Source of the DNA: a virus
DNA: 64,000 nt
IMG/VR virus record: IMGVR_UViG_3300050821_017216
Span: 32,001 to 96,000 of that record
Reading direction: 5' to 3' (one strand)
The notes under the pieces were generated by a model. It saw only the letters and a list, made by a program, of their open reading frames with translations, had not been told where the DNA came from and did not search any database. Position numbers and translations under genes: made by a program. The stretch's first letter is position 1; every line of letters starts with the position of its first letter. Shown here one piece after another: positions 1 through 8,281 of the stretch.

Positions 1-81
1 GATGTCCTCGACGCGCCCGTGAATGACCTCAAAACGTCTCAATTCGATCCTCCGCCTCGGGTTGCGCGCAACCGGATGACT

Positions 82-384
82 CTAACGCTCGGCAGAAACC
101 GGGAACTTCTCGGCGAGGCGAGCGGTCACCGCGGCGTCCAGATCGATGTCCGCGCCCGAGAACCGCGACGCGCAGATGACGAGGTCTGCCAGGTACGGCG
201 CGACCTCGGAATGCTTGAGCGCTCGCCCCTCGTGCTGCGAATCGTTCAACGCCGACGCGACCTTACCGAGCGCCTTCGTCATGTGAACGAGCGCATGCCC
301 AGCGTCCGCCGAGGCGTGGCACGGGTTGTTGAGTTGCTGCTCCCACCTGATGTTCACTTCCGCTTGCAGTCTTGAGAGGTCCAT
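82..384 (-). CDS. MazG-like (NTP pyrophosphohydrolase fold) protein, degenerate
   Basis: 100 aa, helical pattern HALVHMTKALGKVA...YLADLVIC...IDLDAAVTARLAEKFP resembles MazG-like proteins; canonical acidic EExxE residues are not conserved. Confidence 0.5.
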   Translation of the reverse strand: MDLSRLQAEVNIRWEQQLNNPCHASADAGHALVHMTKALGKVASALNDSQHEGRALKHSEVAPYLADLVICASRFSGADIDLDAAVTARLAEKFPVSAER

Positions 385-411
385 TCCCGTTTCCTTTCGT
401 CGGTTTGGGTC

Positions 412-431
412 GCGCGCAGATGGGTGAGTCT
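412..431. repeat. 20-bp intergenic direct repeat, copy 1 (GCGCGCAGATGGGTGAGTCT)
   Basis: Identical to 1396-1415; 19/20 to 2072-2091. Confidence 0.9.
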
Positions 432-441
432 GGCGCTCGCA

Positions 442-1380
442 TTAGTCATGGCAGAAGCAGTCCCCCAAGTCGTCCTCTGTCCCACACGTTTTGGGGTCGT
501 CGACCCGCCTCGCGAGTACCCGGAGCTGGCGGTAGGCGGGGCGGTCCTGGCGGAACAGGGAGCCCGCGTCGCGCTCGACGTCCTGCCACCACTTGAGCCG
601 TCCGGGCTCCTCCTGCTCGATGCGCAGGAGCTTCGACGTCGCCTTGAGGATGCACCCGTCGCAGTTGCCGCGATAGGTCCCGAGCACATCGTCGATGGGC
701 AGTCCTAGGTCGAAGTCCTGCGTCTTCCAAAACGCGATGACGCGAGCCTCGTCGACCTTGGCCTCCGCGAGAGGCATCACGTGCTCCCACCGTTCGGGCG
801 GGGAGCGCTTCAACTTGGCCACGCGCGAAGGTTCGTCGGCGCGGATGCCCATGACCATGTCCCACTTCTCGTAGCGACGCTCAAGCATCCACCGCTTCAT
901 CACGCGGACCTTCATCTCCGTTGTACACGTGCGAAAGGCTGGATTCGGCAGGCCGCTCATGGCGACGAAGTTCTCGTACGGCTCGCCCTCGCGCGATGCG
1001 GTCTCGAAGGTCACCTCTCGGAAACCGCGCTCGCGCGAATCGTCGAGTCCTGCGTTCGCCCACTGACGTGGTCGCGACATCCAAGCCGCCTTCGGGCGCT
1101 TCGACCTGAAGCGTTCAGCGATGGCGCGAACCTCGTCGCTCTTGTACTTCGGTAGCTCTTGGCGCTCGTACTCCAGCCAATGCACGTCGACACCCCAGTA
1201 GCGAGCGATCTGGTCAACGAACGTGAGCGTCTCTCGGTACTCCTTGCCGGTGTTGCAAAAGAGCACGTGGACGTCCGGCTGTAGCCCCTCGTCAAGGATG
1301 CGACGCAGCATGTAGGCGCTCGTGCGCCCTCCGGAGAGGGAGATGACGGCGGGACCTTCGACGAGGAACGGGGACTTCAT
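442..1380 (-). CDS. Phosphoadenosine phosphosulfate (PAPS) reductase family protein (DndC-like, phage type)
   Basis: PP-loop ISLSGGRTSAYM, FCNTGKE, RTCT.EMK, GIRADEP.R, and GNCDGC.LK plus C-terminal C.C cysteine cluster. Confidence 0.85.
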   Translation of the reverse strand: MKSPFLVEGPAVISLSGGRTSAYMLRRILDEGLQPDVHVLFCNTGKEYRETLTFVDQIARYWGVDVHWLEYERQELPKYKSDEVRAIAERFRSKRPKAAWMSRPRQWANAGLDDSRERGFREVTFETASREGEPYENFVAMSGLPNPAFRTCTTEMKVRVMKRWMLERRYEKWDMVMGIRADEPSRVAKLKRSPPERWEHVMPLAEAKVDEARVIAFWKTQDFDLGLPIDDVLGTYRGNCDGCILKATSKLLRIEQEEPGRLKWWQDVERDAGSLFRQDRPAYRQLRVLARRVDDPKTCGTEDDLGDCFCHD

Positions 1381-1395
1381 GGCAGCTCCGGGCTT

Positions 1396-1415
1396 GCGCG
1401 CAGATGGGTGAGTCT
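1396..1415. repeat. 20-bp intergenic direct repeat, copy 2
   Basis: GCGCGCAGATGGGTGAGTCT, overlaps the stop codon of 1415-2056. Confidence 0.9.
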
Positions 1416-2056
1416 CATTCCGCAGCTTTCGCGGTCCCGCTCGACCTGCGCGCGAGGTCGATCAGGAGGTCTCGAAACGGCAACGGCGTTGCCGCACGCT
1501 GTTGGTGGGAGAGCCGTTGGCAGATGCCGGTCTTGCGCAAACGGGCCCGCTCTTCCTTCGAGTGGTAAACGTCCTCAAGCTTGATTTGCATCTTCGGGAT
1601 GCTCCAGTCGAGCGCGGGCGGCAGACCACGACCGGCGTAGTAGAGCCAGGTCAGCTTGCGAGCTCGGTGCCCGTAGTTGCCTTGGGCGACGCAGCACACG
1701 TAGCCATCCCACTGGTCGACGCATTCGAGCCAACCCTTGCGCCAGGACGGGCAAGGTAGGCCGTGCGCGCGGAAGGCGAGGCTCGCCTCGGGGTGCTCTA
1801 GGACGCCACCGAACCGTCGCACCGACTCCAGCGCCGACGCGAAGCATCCGCCGTCGTCGCCGAGCGTCTTCTGTCGCGGCGTGCCGTGCAGCATCGGGCC
1901 GCCTCCCCAGTACCGCCCCCAGCGCTCGCACGGCGGATGCGCCACGACCGGCCAAGGGCCGGCGTACTTGCGCGCGTCCCTCGTTACGTCCCACGGGTCG
2001 ACGCCATCGACACCAAAGTAGGCGCCTCCGGTTGCTACGAAAAGTGCGGCAATCAT
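1415..2056 (-). CDS. Phage DNA cytosine methyltransferase-like protein
   Basis: N-terminal IAALFV, VVAHPPC (PC catalytic-type motif), GVLEHP (ENV-like) and QG.YGH...K.TWLY, typical of short phage C5-MTase-like proteins. Confidence 0.55.
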   Translation of the reverse strand: MIAALFVATGGAYFGVDGVDPWDVTRDARKYAGPWPVVAHPPCERWGRYWGGGPMLHGTPRQKTLGDDGGCFASALESVRRFGGVLEHPEASLAFRAHGLPCPSWRKGWLECVDQWDGYVCCVAQGNYGHRARKLTWLYYAGRGLPPALDWSIPKMQIKLEDVYHSKEERARLRKTGICQRLSHQQRAATPLPFRDLLIDLARRSSGTAKAAE

Positions 2057-2071
2057 GGGTCCTCCGAGGTA

Positions 2072-2091
2072 GCGCGCAGATGGGTGAGACT
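2072..2091. repeat. 20-bp intergenic direct repeat, copy 3
   Basis: GCGCGCAGATGGGTGAGACT, overlaps the stop codon of 2090-2272. Confidence 0.9.
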
Positions 2092-2272
2092 ACTTCTTGC
2101 CGCTTTTGGAGCTTCCGCCCTTGAGCGACGCAGCCTTCTCTGACCGGCTTTGACGGTCGCGGAGGTACTCCGCTGCCTTGGTGTCGCCTCGTCGCTCTGC
2201 GTCTTGCCGCAAATTCAATGCTTCCTTGGCGTCCTGCTCGTACATCTCTGACTCCGACTTCGGTGTGCTCAT
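2090..2272 (-). CDS. Hypothetical protein
   Basis: MSTPKSE start with AAGGAG RBS; same-strand block. Confidence 0.6.
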   Translation of the reverse strand: MSTPKSESEMYEQDAKEALNLRQDAERRGDTKAAEYLRDRQSRSEKAASLKGGSSKSGKK

Positions 2273-2316
2273 GTTTGCTCCTTTCAATGCGCCGAGGCGC
2301 GGCGCGCGCATATGAT

Positions 2317-2508
2317 TCACTCTAGCTCTCCCGAAATCGCGATCTGGTACGCCATGTGCAACGAGTAGTCGTCTGACGGTCTACGCCTCCGGTCCTTTGG
2401 GAAGAAGGTCCACCTTCCCACGGAAAGCTCCCTCCAACCGGCGCTAACGCCAGACACGTACGGGCGCTCGCGTAGGTAGGCGAGCATCTCGTCATCCGTT
2501 GGCTGCAT
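2317..2508 (-). CDS. Hypothetical protein
   Basis: Small ORF in the minus-strand block; start chosen at MQPTDDE. Confidence 0.5.
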   Translation of the reverse strand: MQPTDDEMLAYLRERPYVSGVSAGWRELSVGRWTFFPKDRRRRPSDDYSLHMAYQIAISGELE

Positions 2509-2528
2509 GAGGGATGCGTGCATGGCGG

Positions 2529-2813
2529 CTAGTTCGGCGCTCGCAACTCTCGTTCGAGCTCCTCAACTCGTTTTTGCAGCTCCGCCTCACGCTCTCGCGC
2601 TGCCTTTCGCTTTTTCTGGAGATGGCCGCACACGTAGGTGGCACCTCCGAAGAGGCCGAACAGTGGAGCCGCCATCGGCCAAAACAGCGAGCATAGAAAC
2701 GGGAAGGGCGTGTTCCACGGACTGTCAAGTTCGTCGATGCACCAAGCCACCCCAACGAAGGTGCAAAAGGCGACGAGCCCGTACCCGATGATGATTACGA
2801 TCGTTGTAAACAT
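2529..2813 (-). CDS. Hypothetical membrane protein
   Basis: Two hydrophobic segments and a coiled-coil tail; GGAG RBS. Confidence 0.65.
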   Translation of the reverse strand: MFTTIVIIIGYGLVAFCTFVGVAWCIDELDSPWNTPFPFLCSLFWPMAAPLFGLFGGATYVCGHLQKKRKAAREREAELQKRVEELERELRAPN

Positions 2814-2841
2814 GGTCTTCTCCGGTGCGCGCGCATGAGGA

Positions 2842-3114
2842 TTAGCCTCCGACGCGCGGTTTCATGTTGCTCATCACGCTCTCGATTCGCTGACGCACCT
2901 CGGCCACTCCGGCGTTGTGGCCCCGTCTGTAGCTCTCTCGCATGTCGGGGCAGGCTTCACACTTGATGCACGTGTCGCACTCTGGACGGTAGTGCCCATA
3001 GCCAGGTTTGAAGTTTTTGCGAGCGTCCTCTGTCTCGACGTTGAAGCCGCACCCTTGGCACTTGACCATCGGTCGCGGCTGGTCGGCAAAACCCTCTGAC
3101 GTGTCTTCGCTCAT
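2842..3114 (-). CDS. Hypothetical Zn-finger protein
   Basis: CxxC...CxxC..CxxC; GGAGGG RBS. Confidence 0.65.
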   Translation of the reverse strand: MSEDTSEGFADQPRPMVKCQGCGFNVETEDARKNFKPGYGHYRPECDTCIKCEACPDMRESYRRGHNAGVAEVRQRIESVMSNMKPRVGG

Positions 3115-3175
3115 GGTCCCTCCGGTGAAGCGCGCATATCGACCAGCGCGCCTTCCGTTGCTTCTTGCATGCCCA

Positions 3176-3388
3176 TCAGCTCTTGTGTCTCCCGTCTACG
3201 ACAGCCCGCACGAAGTCGTCGCCGCTCATCCGGTCGAACGCCCCGCACGTCGGCTGCGCGTGCAGGAGGTGCCCTGGGTCGTCAGGCGGGTCGCCCCACC
3301 GGACCGAGACCGCGCGCCCGCAGTACGGGCACCGACCGTCCACGTCCGACCTGACCACCTCGCCCCCCGACCGGTCTCCGTCAGCCAC
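3176..3388 (-). CDS. Hypothetical protein
   Basis: GTG start overlapping the primase stop; CPYC and HAQPTC. Confidence 0.5.
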   Translation of the reverse strand: MADGDRSGGEVVRSDVDGRCPYCGRAVSVRWGDPPDDPGHLLHAQPTCGAFDRMSGDDFVRAVVDGRHKS

Positions 3389-6300
3389 TCGCGCCTCCCT
3401 TCCCTCGTACGAACCGCATCGCGTCCCGGATCCGCTCGTCGGGCCAGCCCCACTCGGTCGCGACGGCCCGCGGGTCCCCGGCACCGCTCAGCGTGGCCTG
3501 GTGGAGCGCCTGGCCGTCCGCGCGCGCCTTGGACTGGCGGTGCTTCGCCAGCGCCCGGGCCCGCCCAGCGCGTGCCTCTGGCCAGCCCAGGGTCTTCGTG
3601 GTGGCCCGCCACTCGGACTCGTCTAGGTCGAAAAGCACGGACGAGTCCGCCTCCGTCTGCTCGTCCGCCGTGGGCTGGCGAGGTGTGGCGGGTGTGGCGG
3701 AGTGTTTTTCGAGGTGTGGCGGAGGCTCCGCCACACCTCCGTCTCTATAGTTACCGTCAGTTAGACCACGTGTGGCGGGTGTGGCGGGTGTGGCGGAGCT
3801 ATTTCCGCCACTCCCCCCCGGTGTGGCGCGTGTGGCGCCATCACTAGGGGGTATGGGGGATTTTTTTGGACCGCCCATCACACACCGATCGGTAGGTAAG
3901 TCACCACCGTCTGAGTCTGGTTGCGGGGCGTACTGCCCCGACGGGTAGTGCTTCAGGTCCTTCGGGTTGCTCCTGTCTACGGTGATGGTGTGTGACACGC
4001 TCTCACAATAGGAGATCGCGGCGTCAGCCCGGTCCTTTCCACACTCGCCCATCGCGGCGGCCATCGACGCCCGGAGCTGACGCGAACCGATCCCTGGCGA
4101 CCGTGAGACGACCCTCAGGCACGCGTCCCGGTCCCGGGCGCGCTGCTGCTCCTTCGAGTCCGCGGCGGCGGCTCGCCGCTGGGCGACCTCCTCCTCGGCC
4201 TGCCGCCTCTCCTCCTCCTTCTGCTGCCTCTTCTGCTCCTTCGACCGGTCGGCCTTGCTGAGGGCCTCGACGACGGCATCCCCACCGTCCCTGGCGGGCT
4301 CGTACCGGAAGCCCGTGAAGTGCATCGGGGTCCACCGCGCCCCCGTCGCGCGCCCCTTGGCGGTGACGAAGACGACGCTCTCGCCCTGGCCGTCCACGTA
4401 GGTGTCCGGGACGCGCGACAGGACACTGACGCTGTCGGCGCCGTACTCGATCTCGCCGCTCTCCTTGCCGAGGCCGACGAGGACGTCCGGGATCGTGACG
4501 CGCCGGTTGACCAGGCGGTCCTTGTCGTAGTCCCAGCTCAGGTCGGCGCTCATCACCATCGGCCAGAGCCCGTACTTGTCGCGCGCGACGGACGCGACGA
4601 CGAGGATCGCGATGTTGTGGTGCGTCGCCACCTCGCGCAGCGCGTAGGCGGCGCGCCCGATGCGCTCGCGCAGGTCGAGCGTCTTGTACTTACCGTCCTC
4701 GTCCTCCTCCGGGCCGACGATCTGGAGGTAGTCGAGGACGATCAGGATCGGCCTCGACCCGGGTCCGCCGGAGTTCAGCGTCTCGGACGGGGGCGGCTCC
4801 GGGTACTTCTGGCGGAGCGCGGCGGCGAGCGCGTGCACCTTGCTCGCGGGCCAGCCCATCGGGTTGCGGTTGACCGGGTGCAGCGGGAGTTTCCCAGCCT
4901 TCGCTTTCTCTGCGAGTTCGATCGCGACCGTGGCCGCGCGCTCGAGTGCGTCCTGGCTGGTCTGACCGGTGTAGAGGTCGCTCCACCGGAGCTTCGCCTC
5001 CTCGCCGACCACGCGCAGGTCGAACTGGAGATCGTCCATCTCGAGGCCCACGTAGGCCGTCGGGACGCCCTGCTCGGCGGAGTGCTTGCAGATCTGCAGG
5101 ACCGCGGCGGTCTTGCCGACCCCGGTGCCCGAGCAGAGGATGTGCAGCCCCGGCCACAACCCCCCGCCGAAGTGCTCCTTGAGATCGCCCCACGGCAGCG
5201 GCACCGGCTTCTCGATCCCGACCGATCGCCGTACGGCGCGCGCGACGGATGTCTTGAGGTGCTCGCCGATGGTGGGCGCCCACTTGTCGAGGTCGTCTTG
5301 CTCGGGCCCGGCCGGCGCGGCGGGGAGGGGCGGCTCGGCGGCCTGCGAGTGGGTCGGGGCGCCGACGACGAGTTCCAACCCGAACCGGTCGCTGATCGCG
5401 ACGACCGCCTCGCGCGCGGCGACGTGGTGGACCTCCATGACGAGGTCGATGTTCGTTCTGAACCCGGCGCGCCCCTTGTCCTTGCAGCGGTTGTGGTGGC
5501 ACTTCAAGCCGTGGTTGAGGATCGAGACGCCGCTCGTCTCGCCGCAGCCCGGGCACGTGACCTCGCCGCTCGCGTTGTATAGGCCCAGCCACTCGGCGAC
5601 GGCCTGCGGGTCGACGGAGTTCGCGAGCGAGTACGGCGAGTCCGGGTTGTCGCGCATCGGCGACACGACGCTCGGCGCCGCTGCCGGCTGCAGGCGCGAC
5701 CCGAGGACGCCGAACGCCTTCTCCATGGCGGCCCGGCCGTCGGGGTTCAACCCGTCCCAGACGGTGCGCGCGAGCTCGACGATCCGCGCCAGCGAGAGGC
5801 GCGTGACCGCCTCGGGCGTCACGATGGCGGTGCGCCGGTGCGGGCGGTCCTCGACGCCCGCCGCGCCCTTCTTCTTCAGGGTCCCGCACGCGGGCAGGAT
5901 GCGCTTGGCATCGAAGAGCTTCTCGTCGACCGACACCTCTGGCGTGTTGAAGAGGTGAGCCAAGCCCGTGAGCAGCCCCGCTATCGCGTTCTTCGACTCA
6001 TCAGTCACCGGCACCGCGTCGAGCGCGACGTGGATCTGCCGGCCGTTGCCCGAGTGCAGGTACGCGAGCGAGCTCTCTCCGTCGAGGTGGTGCGCGAGGA
6101 AGTTCCACGCGCTCTGCGCGACGCGCACCGACCGCTGCACCTCCTCGTCGGTCGCCGAGATGCCCGACGGGCGCTTGACGTCGAAGTCGATCGCCAGGAT
6201 GAGTCGCGCCTCGACGTCCGAGTCGGTCGTGCCGGCGCCCTTCTGGATGTCAAACCAATGACCCGGCGCGGCGTTGCGCGACTCGACGCCGGCGCGCAGG

Positions 6301-6674
6301 CGCGCGGGCAGGAGGTAGGTGCCGTGCGCGATCCACGTGTCTGCGGCCGCGCAGAGCAGGACGGCCTCCTCGGGGCTCCGAGCGTGCGAGGCGCGCGTGC
6401 GCTCGAACGAGTCGGTCGGGTAGCGCCTGAATCCCAGCACCTGGAACTCGAACACCCTCTCACCACCACCCACGAACGCGAGCTGGCGGCGCAGGTTCGC
6501 CTCGAGCCCCTCCGCCTGCGCGCGGAGAAGGCGATCCTCGAGCGGGGCGCTCTCGGTCCCGGACGGCCCGTCGCCAGACCCACCCCCACCGGACCCGGAT
6601 CCAGTCTTCTGCTCCGCTACGAGTTTCCAGAAATCTCCCGAGGAGATCCGCTCGTAGCCGTCGTCCGACATCAC
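3381..6674 (-). CDS. Primase-helicase fusion: AEP/RepB'-like primase, Zn finger, DnaB/RecA-like P-loop helicase
   Basis: AIDFDVK, HSGNGRQIH and DAKRILPACGT (AEP motifs); CPGC...CHHNRC; Walker A GTGVGKT; Walker B ILIVLDYLQ; low-complexity C-terminal tail. Confidence 0.8.
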   Translation of the reverse strand: MMSDDGYERISSGDFWKLVAEQKTGSGSGGGGSGDGPSGTESAPLEDRLLRAQAEGLEANLRRQLAFVGGGERVFEFQVLGFRRYPTDSFERTRASHARSPEEAVLLCAAADTWIAHGTYLLPARLRAGVESRNAAPGHWFDIQKGAGTTDSDVEARLILAIDFDVKRPSGISATDEEVQRSVRVAQSAWNFLAHHLDGESSLAYLHSGNGRQIHVALDAVPVTDESKNAIAGLLTGLAHLFNTPEVSVDEKLFDAKRILPACGTLKKKGAAGVEDRPHRRTAIVTPEAVTRLSLARIVELARTVWDGLNPDGRAAMEKAFGVLGSRLQPAAAPSVVSPMRDNPDSPYSLANSVDPQAVAEWLGLYNASGEVTCPGCGETSGVSILNHGLKCHHNRCKDKGRAGFRTNIDLVMEVHHVAAREAVVAISDRFGLELVVGAPTHSQAAEPPLPAAPAGPEQDDLDKWAPTIGEHLKTSVARAVRRSVGIEKPVPLPWGDLKEHFGGGLWPGLHILCSGTGVGKTAAVLQICKHSAEQGVPTAYVGLEMDDLQFDLRVVGEEAKLRWSDLYTGQTSQDALERAATVAIELAEKAKAGKLPLHPVNRNPMGWPASKVHALAAALRQKYPEPPPSETLNSGGPGSRPILIVLDYLQIVGPEEDEDGKYKTLDLRERIGRAAYALREVATHHNIAILVVASVARDKYGLWPMVMSADLSWDYDKDRLVNRRVTIPDVLVGLGKESGEIEYGADSVSVLSRVPDTYVDGQGESVVFVTAKGRATGARWTPMHFTGFRYEPARDGGDAVVEALSKADRSKEQKRQQKEEERRQAEEEVAQRRAAAADSKEQQRARDRDACLRVVSRSPGIGSRQLRASMAAAMGECGKDRADAAISYCESVSHTITVDRSNPKDLKHYPSGQYAPQPDSDGGDLPTDRCVMGGPKKSPIPPSDGATRATPGGSGGNSSATPATPATRGLTDGNYRDGGVAEPPPHLEKHSATPATPRQPTADEQTEADSSVLFDLDESEWRATTKTLGWPEARAGRARALAKHRQSKARADGQALHQATLSGAGDPRAVATEWGWPDERIRDAMRFVRGKGGASG
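3683..3838. repeat. Iteron-like array (GTGTGGCG[G/C] x8 direct, x2 inverted), candidate replication origin
   Basis: Direct copies at 3683, 3692, 3714, 3770, 3779, 3788, 3821, 3830; inverted at 3728 and 3805; 13-bp stem hairpin at 3711-3739. Confidence 0.7.
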
Positions 6675-6972
6675 CAGCCGAGACCTAGGCGTGCGGGTCG
6701 ATTATAAACTTTGGCGCGCGCTCGGCCGTCGGCCGAGGGATCGGTCGTCATCGTGATCTCCCTTTTCCGTTGGGAAACGCCACCCCGCGAGAGACCGCGC
6801 GCGGACCCGCGCGGTAGCAATCGCGGGAGGGGAAGAACCCGCCCGACGAGTACCATCGCGCGATCCCTCGCGGGGGAGCGGAACCGCCGGGTTGCTAGAC
6901 CACGCGGCTCGACGGGGGACCTTACGAAGACCAGACCGCTTCGGTCAAGGAAAGTTTGGTCATTTGCTAACG

Positions 6973-6987
6973 AAGGTGCGGCACCTT
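6973..6987. promoter_or_regulatory. Perfect 7-1-7 palindrome, candidate operator upstream of the primase
   Basis: AAGGTGC-G-GCACCTT. Confidence 0.4.
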
Positions 6988-7008
6988 GCCAAAAACCACC
7001 CCGTCGCT

Positions 7009-7209
7009 TTACGTGAACTCGACGATCAGGATCAGGTCCGCCGAGCACTCCGGGCATGTGAGGTAGAAGGTGATCGTGTCGTTCACGGACGCGCGGTCCG
7101 CGCGCACCTCGACGGGGAGCTTCCAGCCGCAGCCCGGGCAGCGCTCGGGTTCCCGCTCCGCGGGAGGTGTACTCTCTCCCCCGGGTCGGCGGAAGGGTAG
7201 GACCGTCAC
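7009..7209 (-). CDS. Zn-ribbon hypothetical protein
   Basis: CPGC...CPEC. Confidence 0.55.
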   Translation of the reverse strand: MTVLPFRRPGGESTPPAEREPERCPGCGWKLPVEVRADRASVNDTITFYLTCPECSADLILIVEFT

Positions 7210-7318
7210 CTGGACGCTGGCCGCCGCGACGATCCGCGGGCGAGCGGCCGCCTCGGCGTCAGGAGCAGGTACCCGATCGTGACGATCAGGGCCGTTAGGA
7301 ACACCCAGTCGTAGAGGT

Positions 7319-7546
7319 TCACCGCGCCCCGAGCGGTTGGAGGTAGTAGAGGTACGTCCCGGCGACGCTGAAGACGATCGCCGCGAGGCACACGAGGGCG
7401 AGCACCCCGAGACCAGGCCCCTCGCGCGCGAGGTCCGCGCGCGCGTCCCCCACCGTGGGCTCGACTGAACCCTCGCCCTCGTTCGCATCGAAACCACCGT
7501 CGTCGCGGCCGTCGTTCGCTCTCATGGTCCTCGACTCTAGGATCAT
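7319..7546 (-). CDS. Hypothetical single-pass membrane protein
   Basis: C-terminal hydrophobic helix; exact start uncertain. Confidence 0.5.
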   Translation of the reverse strand: MILESRTMRANDGRDDGGFDANEGEGSVEPTVGDARADLAREGPGLGVLALVCLAAIVFSVAGTYLYYLQPLGAR

Positions 7547-7587
7547 CAGTTGCGCTCGGCAACTGCATTCGCTACATTGCGTAGCGA
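7547..7587 (+). promoter_or_regulatory. Sigma70-like promoter overlapped by two 7-5-7 palindromic operators
   Basis: TTGCGC(7550)-17-TACATT(7573); CAGTTGC-N5-GCAACTG (7547-7565) and TCGCTAC-N5-GTAGCGA (7569-7587). Confidence 0.6.
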
Positions 7588-7588
7588 C

Positions 7589-7774
7589 ATGACGGAAGAG
7601 ACCTACGACATCGTGCTGGGGGCGCGCGTCTCCAAGCGCATCAACGACAGGATCCTCGCCGAGCAGGATCGCATCGCGAAGCTGAGCGGGATCAAGCCGA
7701 GCATCAACGAGGTCGTGCGCCTGCTCCTGGAGAAGGGTCTCGATGTCGTGGGGAAGCGGGCAGTCCGTGGCTGA
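7589..7774 (+). CDS. Ribbon-helix-helix (CopG-like) regulator
   Basis: VLGARVSKRINDRI...SINEVVRLLLEKGL pattern. Confidence 0.7.
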   Translation: MTEETYDIVLGARVSKRINDRILAEQDRIAKLSGIKPSINEVVRLLLEKGLDVVGKRAVRG

Positions 7775-8036
7775 ACTCGCCCGATTCTACGGGATCGTCG
7801 TCGCGATCTTTTTCGAGCGTAGCGCCCGTCACCACCGACCTCACGTCCACGCGCGCTACGCCGGGGACGTGGTGTCCGTCGCCATCGACGACGGTGAGGT
7901 GCTGGCCGGCTCGATGCATCCAACCGGTCTGCGACTGGTTCGCCAGTGGGTCAGGTTGCATCAACCGGAACTCTCACGAGCGTGGCGAGATGCAGTAGCT
8001 GGGCGGACACCAGCAAGGATCGAACCGCTGCGATGA
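7767..8036 (+). CDS. DUF4160 family protein (DhiT-type putative toxin)
   Basis: RFYGIVVAIF...H..PHVHARY...QW..LH..EL...W. Confidence 0.85.
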   Translation: MAELARFYGIVVAIFFERSARHHRPHVHARYAGDVVSVAIDDGEVLAGSMHPTGLRLVRQWVRLHQPELSRAWRDAVAGRTPARIEPLR

Positions 8037-8281
8037 AGAGTCTCGGTTACATCGTCCTCTGCGAGCCACTCAAGGGTGGGCGCGCGCGGATCTTTTTTTC
8101 AGACGGCGTCGTTATCGAGCGCGCGCTGCCCACTCGATCCGTGAGTAGAGTCCAGGTCATCGACGTCGGTCTCGGTTTACGACTGCCCGGCGGCGAGGAG
8201 ATTGGCGTCTCCGAATTGCGCCGGAAGAAGCGCGGCTGCAACAGGTACGACCTCTCAACCGACGTGCTCGGGTGGTCCTGA
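8033..8281 (+). CDS. DUF2442-like protein (putative antitoxin)
   Basis: Coupled (ATGA) to DUF4160; IFFSDG...V..GLGL.LPGG.EI pattern. Confidence 0.6.
   Translation: MKSLGYIVLCEPLKGGRARIFFSDGVVIERALPTRSVSRVQVIDVGLGLRLPGGEEIGVSELRRKKRGCNRYDLSTDVLGWS

Noticed and set aside
3008-6707. Large plus-strand and alternative-frame ORFs over the primase-helicase (4320-5582, 4690-5889, 5086-5958, 5838-6707)
   Set aside because: Antisense or shadow frames of a high-GC3 gene; Arg/Pro/Gly-rich with no motifs.
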